A stretch of DNA of 59,649 nucleotides. It comes from Catajapyx aquilonaris. Its lineage: Eukaryota. The DNA is taken from assembly GCA_000934665.2 (NCBI GenBank), contig JYFJ02000564.1, positions 62,001 through 121,649 of the forward strand, in the 5' to 3' direction. Both the position numbers and the translations under genes were made by a program. The notes under the pieces were generated by a model that worked only from the letters and a program-made list of their open reading frames with translations, made no database searches and was not told the DNA's origin. Positions 51,601 to 59,649 of the stretch are shown one piece after another. Position 1 is the stretch's first letter. Every line of letters starts with the position of its first letter.

Positions 51601-54600
51601 AGAGCACTACTCGAACGTCTTGCCATTCCAAAAGGGAAATCGTTGCACGTTACAGTCCTCCAAAATGTCACTCGGCATGAACTGGATACAAACACTTTTT
51701 TTTCGTCCCTGTCTTCTCGAAATTGACTTTTTGCGTACTTATCATCGACAAAATTGATGGGCATTTTTTTCAGATTTGTAACTCGTTGTAAGATTAATGT
51801 TTTTAACTGTGACATAATAATAACGACGCTCCTGCTGAAGAAAATTAGCCAAATTAACCTGAAAGAAGAATATTCCATGACACGCTTAAATGTTATACGG
51901 GCCTCAATACCATAACGAAACTCGTGTTTCAGGACTATATATTATCACTACTTAATGACTACCTGTTAAACTTGAAAATCTAACCGCATAGGGTGATCTA
52001 AGATTACTGTAATTACTGCTTCGTTTTAAATGCAAGAACGTGAGACATTTTGTGTAAATCATTGCTTAAAAATCATGTTAAAATTTAGGCAGGCAATGAC
52101 ACGGCTCTTCCGTGGTAAGCCAAGCCCTACAAATTCTTTACGCGACAAGGTCAAATGACAATAACAACAATGACAGCGTCGATAATAATACTAGACTACC
52201 GGTATTACGTGTAATATTATAATCTTTGAGGCCAGCACCATGGCATACGGATAGTGGCACGGGGGACACTCACCCATCTTGGGTCCCATCATCTCTTTGG
52301 GGTGGTTTTGTTTGATTGCGTTCATCCTCCTGTTGGGCAGCCCCCCAGGAGGCCCCATCCCTCCTGGTCCACCCCCACCTCCCTGTCCCTGTCCCCCTCC
52401 CCCACCTCCTTGTCCTCCCTGTCCTCCGGGCCCCGTGCCCGTGCCCGGCTGCCCCGGTTGCCCGGGCTGCCCCGGCCGGTGCGGTGGCCGGGGTTGCTCG
52501 ACCGGAAGCACTCGCCGCCGCTTCTTGGGCAGCTTGGCTCTCGCCTGAGTGTGTGAATAGTACATGGCAAAGTTGGAGACGATGACGGGCACGGGCAGGG
52601 CGATGGTGAGCACACCTGCCAGGGCACACAGCGCCCCCACGAACATCCCCACGTATGTCTTTGGGGCCATGTCCCCGTACCCCACTGTGGTCATGGTGAC
52701 CAGTGCCCACCAGAGGCCCAGAGGGATGCTGTTGAAGTCGTTGTGCGGGTTGGCCTGGATGCGCTCGGCGTAGTAGACCAGGCTGGCGAAGATGACAATA
52801 CCCAGGACCAGGAAGAAGACCAGGAGGGTCAACTCCTTGGCGCTGGCCCGGAACGTCTGAATCAGGATCTTGAGGCCAGAGGAGTGACGCGTCAGCTTGA
52901 ACAACCGCATGATACGGATGATGGAGAAGAACTCCAAGATGTCCGCGTTCTCAATGTGTGACGCGAACTTTTGCAGAATCAAATCGATATAGAAGCTGAG
53001 CGTAGCTACGTAGTCGATGATGTTGACCGAGGCCCTGATAAAGTGCCACTTGTTTGGTGAGGCCACAAAACGCATTAGGATCTCGAAGGTGAACCACGCG
53101 TTGCACACGCATTCGATATAGAAGAAGGCCTCGTGCGCGTTAGTCTGCGTCTTGTCCAGAGTCCACGCAGTTGTGTTGTGCGACGTCTGCACCGTTATGT
53201 TTTTGATCACTGGCACTCGCATGTCCGGATGCGTCTTGAGGCAGAAGGACAGAATGGAGATGCAGATGAAGAATACGGACACTATTCCGGTTGTCTGGAA
53301 TACAAAGACAAGTGTCAGTACAGTGTCTCCAGCAATCTGTGTAAAGTACTGCAAAGAAACTTATTACTCCTGGCAATGGTGCCTAATCATATTATACGTA
53401 CAGCATGATGAGCGTTGGTCCTGATTCACAATATGCATTGCACGTTGTGTCATAAAAACACATGACCAGTAGATGAGGCCGTAAGAACAGCATCCGGTTG
53501 AAAAATGGCCAGAATAGTAGGATCTTGTAGGCAATTTCCAAGAGGTTAAATTGACGTGGGGACACGAAACAGCAGGAGAGTGGGAAGCAGCCCTGATGGA
53601 GTGTTTGTCGTGGGAAAGGGACAAGGCGAGGATGACCATTCCGCTGCCCTGATAAACGACCCAGGGAAAGCTTGATTGCCTCTCTTTTTTTAAAGCCCCC
53701 CCCCCCCCCCCNCCCATCCTATTTTGCTGCCCTCCTTTCCCGGTCACTGGCAAAAGGTGCTCCTATCTATCACAGCGGCCCAGCTTGATTGGCCACTACC
53801 GAAAGGTTTGGACGTGGGATCGTGGTACAGGCCAGACGTCACATTTATTTCTCCTGCAGTGGTATACAAGTGGTGGGGAAGGGTAGGCCTATACAAGTTT
53901 GATGTGACGACAATGTTTATTTTATTCTCACGATGAAGTTTGTTGCGGAGTTAAATAGCATTTTGTATGGGTTTCACTTGGGAAAAGTGGAGGAAATTGC
54001 ATCTGGTATGGGATGGAAAAGAAGAAGACAATGGTATTCCCTGGCCCCCTCACCTTCGCTGCGTTGGAAGAATAAGGCTCGTCCATAAGGGACCAGATCT
54101 TAGGTTTCGTCCTCTGCCACCAAGAGACATGTCCCGAGAAGTACGCTTCTTCGAACCCAAACTTTCTTGCCAGCTCCTCGTCGCTTGGTTTTTCGGTGTC
54201 CAGGTCGAGCCGGTCTAGAACTGCCAGGGTTTCTTGCGTGTCCCGATGCTGTCAGAAGAATAAGATATGAAGTAATTATTACGTTAATTTGTAACCAAAG
54301 CAAACATTTTGTAGTGTTGGGTACTTGTTATGCAGTAATTAATTGCGAAAGGGGTCTGTAAATTAATGCAGCATTTTCTCTCTGATTAAGCTGTTCCTTG
54401 TGCATTTACAGCAATGGAGTTCGCCTGTTTTTGGGAACTTTACTAGTTAGTGCTGTGTGATTACCTACACGCCTTAAATGAGCTAAATGATTGAGGACCC
54501 GATCAATTATTTTGTTAATTTTAGTCAATTGCTCAGGGTAAACCTTGCAATCACGGAGGCGTGACTAGAATTTACGAAACTGAGGTTATTGGTAGGCATA

Positions 54601-57600
54601 CTCGTACAGTAAGTAGGGCACAGCACTACCTTATAGTCGTATCAGAAGAAGTGACGATGATGTCTCTTATTTTGTACCAGAGGGCAAACCAATTGACAGA
54701 AGATTAAGGTGATTACAGCTCAAACTTTTTCTAAACTCTTAATAGACATTCCTATAGGCAAGTGTCTTGGATGAAGTTGGTGCATAATTTGGCGGAGAAT
54801 TTTTAGTTCTGGTTGATAAACGCGTGATGTTGCTTTGGTTCGACTTCAGAAGTTTGCTCGCTAATACGCGAGTGTCCTTCAAGAACCAAGAATGACAGAT
54901 ATTATGATGTTGACACAACGACAAGCACAAATAGCCCTATACTGCTACACTGAAAATCCTATAGCAGTAAACTCGATTTCTGTCATGATAAATTACTATC
55001 TTCAGCAATGTAAACTAGGAAGGATAGTGAGTTCCTGTTGACAATTTTGGTTCTTGGATTCAGATGGTGTTCCATTACTTTAATAGCTCTGACTTTGCCC
55101 TCTGGCCAATCCTGGCACATTTAACGTTGCGTGACGCTTAAATCCATGCTGGTGTTTTTCACAATGATGTCACTGGGAAGCCTGTATTGCTTTGAACTTT
55201 TGTTAGTAGCTGTCATTTTGTCATTGGTCGTCATTCTGTTTTGACGCGGATTGAAATGTTGCTTTATTCAAGTTTGCATCAACAATGCAGATTATTTTCT
55301 TTCGGATTAACGCGCACCAGCCTACTACCGTTTTGATTTATCATGAAACTGGGGCTATAGGATATTAAATGAAGGGCTTTAACTTCCAGAAAATAATATT
55401 CCGATCAGAGCTTGTGACAATTATTGAGAAGTAAGTATCTTAATGTCTGGACTAACCAGGAGTAACATGGATGATAGTGTTGGCGACACGCCCACATGCA
55501 CCGGATATCACGCAATCTCCATGGAACTGCACATGAGTGCATAAGTTACGTACAGTACGTATATGCATTTGGGTGAGTATAATGTAACCAACGATTGACG
55601 GCCACATGAAAGCCAAAGCCAGAAACGTTACGGCGTGGTATCATTGATGAGGCACTAAATTATTAAAAGGTTCGGATTTTTGATCCACCACCCTGTAATG
55701 CCAATACTACATTACAGTACCTCAGGATTAAGTCAGTGAACTATGACATTTTGTACAGGCCATTTCGTGTGTCACATGCGGCAGCGAATCGCAGTGCTCC
55801 CTAAGCCAATGGATTTAGGACCAAGTACAATATAATCCACTTGGCGTGATCCTCAGCTTATTTTTAAATATTGGGACCTACACGATTACCTACTAGTGTC
55901 AACAATGGCTGCAGTTGCATAAGCTGGGGCAGCAATATTACGGCGTATTTTTTCCGTCTCGCTTTTTGCATCTCTGAGAGCCCTCGCCTTTACTATATGC
56001 AAAGCTGTAAAATATGATTGCAGTGCGGTATGTTTTGCACATCGGCCGTTTTCTCCTGTGAACCTTATTTGCCTTTGTTACGCTTGCAGTTGTTCAGGTC
56101 ATAACTGCTGTACGCCTAAGCAATAATGTTGGGGGTGCCTAGTGCACCAGGCTAGGAATGCGCATACTGATCAGATGCTGATGTAGACAAATCCGGTGAA
56201 CCATGATATTTTTAGAATTCTCATTCACAACCCAAATACAATCGTGTACCTGCTTTGTGCAATCTGAAAAAGTCAACACGTATCAATATCACGCTATGCA
56301 TAATCATCAAATTGTCAAGCCTAGATCCATCACTAGCCATGTGTTCAATATGCTGTGCTCCCAAGCAGTGTTCCTATATTTTTGTTGGTTTTTTTCAAAA
56401 TATGTACTGCATTTGCGTTTTCTATACATTTCATAGTCAATCTTGATAAGTAATATAATATTGCTGATGCATATTACATGTTCGGTGATTTTTGGGTTTT
56501 CAAAAATTATGTCTCTTAATGACACTGGCATTCGAGGAACTTCTTGCAGATACACTTAGTTTGCAACATCACGGAACATCCTTTTTGTTCTCCCACATAA
56601 GAAATGCGGAAGGGATTTTATGGCAACTTTTTGGTACCTAGATTATTATTCTTAGCACTCGGGCAGAAATGAAATATGAACAGCCCCATAGAAAAGCTCG
56701 CTATATTATTTCTGCCAGACAACTTGCATTCGGCGCAAAGACAAAAGCAAGGGAGAAAAACGAAAACAATAGACCAGACAACAAGCAAAAAAGTTTCTGC
56801 CATTTCCTCTCTTGAACACCGCTGATATTTTGTGGAGAAAAAAATTGTTTAAATGCCGGTTTTTGAAGGGTGGTCTTGATGAAGGCGGGCGTCCCACTTC
56901 CCTAACTTGTGGCAACCAACCAAGCCCACCTCTTGTCATAAGGATTTGTCTTACCAGCTGCCTCCCCTGTCCAACAAATTCCTACCATTTTCCGATAGAC
57001 TACTACTTTGCATAAGTTATTGCATTTAAAAAAAAATGTTAACTTTATGGGAAGGAAGAGCTCATTTTTTGCTCCTGTCCCACAGTGTGACGCTCAAAGA
57101 TTGCTTTTGCAAGACGAGGAACTAGAGTGGCCGGAAACTCGTTAGCAACAGCGGATGTTATCTCTCTGGACAGTTTCTGCCCGGATATTTCTAGGCTTCC
57201 TCCATAACCGCGCCTATTACTTACAAAACTGCATTCCCTTGTGGTAATATTGCGCCATTTGTGGAGAATAAATAGTGGTAACTGGTGTTGACAGAGTAGT
57301 GTTTGTGTCGCAGAATGTTAAGGGAACTTAATAATAGTTGCGAATGATGGTCACCTGGGTGTAGGTCATCCAGCAGCAGGGCTCGACCTGGTTGGCATCT
57401 AGTCCCCAGAACTCGAGCTCCTCTTCGAATAGTGGTCCGCAGACATCGGATGGATAGTGGAGTTTGCCGGTGCGGTAGTAGTTGAGCACCTGGGCAAAGA
57501 CCCCTGGATGTCTGTCGAAGAAGTACTCGTTGAGGATGGGGTCGTAGTTGGCCAGCGCCTCGGTCAGCCGGGACAGCCTGGTGGCCGGGATCTTCTTCAG

Positions 57601-57681
57601 GGTGGCCTTGTACGTCTCGTGCCGGATGCCACCCACGTTCAGAACCACACGGTTCTCCGCGTCCATGTTGATCAGATTCAT
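48621..57681 (-). CDS. Shaw: Voltage-gated potassium channel Shaw (Kv3 family), about 621 aa, 4 coding exons
   Basis: Exons (minus): 57681-57355 (T1 domain [39 protein letters not shown]), 54248-54054 ([17 protein letters not shown]...[10 protein letters not shown]), 53294-52274 (S1-S6, S4 [13 protein letters not shown], pore [21 protein letters not shown]), 48943-48621 (Pro/Ala-rich tail to TGA); sum 1866 nt in frame. The last exon is less certain than the core. Confidence 0.95.
50133..50218 (-). CDS. Candidate alternative terminal coding exon of Shaw ([28 protein letters not shown])
   Basis: Acceptor gtctttgcag| at 50218 is phase-compatible with the phase-1 donor at 52274; open for 28 codons to TAA. 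Confidence 0.45.
51316..51350. repeat. Near-perfect palindrome in a Shaw intron
   Basis: CTTACTTATGATAGTTA-G-TAACTATCATAAGTAAG (17-bp arms, 1-nt spacer), extendable with mismatches to about 51305-51361. Confidence 0.8.
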
Positions 57682-58181
57682 CTCGACCGATTGTCTGAAA
57701 CAATAGGGATCGACATTCCAATGTATAGCCTGGACCATATGGAGAAGGCGCGGGAAGAGCAGTTTTAGATGAAGAGTTGAAACGTTCATCCCTCGAAAGT
57801 ATCCAAACGGGGAAGTTGGAAAATATTTACTGTCCCCTTGTCAGACAAGTTATGCAATGCTTCTGTCACGGAAGGCTGTCTCCACCGCATTAAACCGCCA
57901 GGCAGTACACCTGACTTTCCAAGAGCACTTAGCACACTGCCAAAGCTCTTCCCACAAGATCAGGCTGGGACTGGAAAGGTGGCTGATGGGTACTTGAAGA
58001 ACCCCCCGCAGTGGTTGGGTGGTGGCTCTTATACAGTGCAGGATATGGAGCAGGAAACTTCCCTAACCAGCACCACAGGACAGGGTGTAATTTTCATGTT
58101 TCAAAATAGGTAAAAATGTGTACTTTATTCATTCCATGATTTCTTTGGGAAATGTGTCCATTGGCACTACCAGATACGTAC

Positions 58182-58453
58182 TTTTATAGGGCAGGTTGTA
58201 ACGAGCGAAATAATGGCCTATAGTTGAGGCATGGTTTGAGGAGAAGAGCTGGAGGTAAGGTGTTTGGTGATAATCAGGGGAGGTGGAGAGGGAGGAGGGG
58301 ATGGTGGGGACGAGGAGGCGGGGAGGAAAGAGGTCGCCAGGCCGCCGCCGCATGCACTGGGCTGCAGCAGCGCAGCCCCGCGGGCTACGTGGGAAACTGC
58401 ATCTTGTTGGGGCACAGGTCACACCGATGACTCTTCCGTGGACGGTGTCAGTG
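58182..58453 (-). other. Candidate upstream (5' UTR) exon of Shaw
   Basis: GC-rich block bounded by a ttttttccag| acceptor (58453) and an AAAA|gtacgt donor (58182) on the minus strand; the coding exon has its own acceptor at 57694, 13 nt before the ATG. Confidence 0.45.
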
Positions 58454-59649
58454 CTGGAAAAAAAAGAGCACAAATCGAACAATTAGCCATTTGTTGCACG
58501 AAACACTGGGGCTTAGTTAAACGGTTTGGTGGAACCGGGGGAAAACCCTTGACGCGTTTTCATGTACGATGCTATGAATTCAATTTTGTCTTTAATTGCT
58601 TGTGGATTTACATCATGGGGCAAGTGTCGGGGGGGAAAATCGCACAATGGAAAAAAAAGGGAAGGCAGGATGGCAGGCAGGAAGTTAATTTGTATGCATG
58701 AGCAGAGGCCAGAGGGCGGTAGGCTATTGAAAATGAGCACACGCATCACGCCCGGCAGACGAAAGGGAGATAGAGGGCGTTTTGAAACAAGAAGAACCGC
58801 AAATTGTAATCAGCATCAAATCGAGCTAGGCACAAAGATTCGCAGCGGTAATTAGTTTTTTTTCACCCACGCCTCGCACGCAGCACGGATCGTATTTGAG
58901 CTCCAAGATCAGCCTAGGGTTTGGTCCACCAGATATAGCCTACGTGCGCTGGCGTGATTTAGTCCTTGATCTAATACTGATTGCATTAACAGTGAGTCAT
59001 ATTCAGGCATAGAAAGGTACTTTCAGATTCAAAATAGCCTTAGAGCATGACATTGTTCACGTACAGTAAGTCTATGTATTCAGTAGAATTTCTGAGCTGC
59101 TCGTGCTCGTACAGCCATGAACTAGCCTACTGCTTTAAAATAATATGAACGCGTTGGGAATAACAGAAACGTGGTTTGCGCCGTGAAGGAAAACATGCTT
59201 TTATAGTGACCGTTTTAAATAGCTGCACAGTATTTGCTCGAAGATGACCCTTCCTTACCAAGGCCGCAAACAGTATGCTGAGTATCAAAGTGGACCAAGA
59301 AGTCATTTTAAGTGTAAGAATGATTTTCAGTAGTTTATTTTCTCTTGAGATCCTCATACTTTGTCAATTATTTACAGCAGCAGTTCTTAACCTGGAGTGC
59401 CCGCACCCCCAGGGGGTGCGAACAAGGTGCACCTCTGGACTTACTGTTAGTCTATCTATGAACACGGTCATATAAGTAAGGTCTGGTCACTCCCACCCAC
59501 CCCCTGCCGAGGAGTTTTACAGCGGGTGCTCACCTGAGACCGCCATGAGACATTTCGGAGGCCAGGATAAGTGGCGACCCTACCGGATTAGGCTGAACTT
59601 TATAGGTACGAAAGGGGAGGGCTACATTGGGGGGCCCAACATGGCCGCC

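Noticed and set aside
52254..52961. Several overlapping ORFs, including a Pro/Cys-rich one
   Set aside because: Alternate-frame or antisense shadows of the GC-rich Shaw exon.
1..59649. CRISPR array, operon or prokaryotic defence system
   Set aside because: No regularly spaced repeats or uninterrupted prokaryote-like ORFs seen; all recognisable genes are spliced eukaryotic genes.

Overview
Intron-rich eukaryotic (arthropod-like, probably insect or other pancrustacean) genomic DNA; most short ORFs in the supplied track are exon fragments or noise. Four spliced protein-coding genes were reconstructed by hand from GT-AG junctions and frame continuity: (1) Patronin/CAMSAP, + strand, 30 coding exons over 1275-30692, 5' start uncertain; (2) WDR48/UAF1, - strand, 10 exons, 33777-37556; (3) DCAF13/Sof1, + strand, 8 exons, 38567-41181, head-to-head with WDR48 across about 1 kb; (4) Shaw (Kv3) K+ channel, - strand, 48621-57681, with a candidate alternative C-terminal exon. 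Also present: a tRNA-Leu(AAG) gene, two tRNA-derived SINEs, an internally deleted mariner carrying a nested palindrome, and several non-autonomous DNA transposons/MITEs (pogo/Tigger-like, Kolobok-like, hAT-like). I found no CRISPR, prokaryotic or otherwise clearly new system. The best leads are an array of eight frame-symmetric Arg/Ser-rich cassette exons in Patronin, a candidate spliced uORF whose stop overlaps the Shaw start codon, a decayed ankyrin-like nested gene, TE-borne CTCF/YY1-like motifs and a genome-encoded CCA on the tRNA. All family assignments are from recall of conserved sequences, not database searches.
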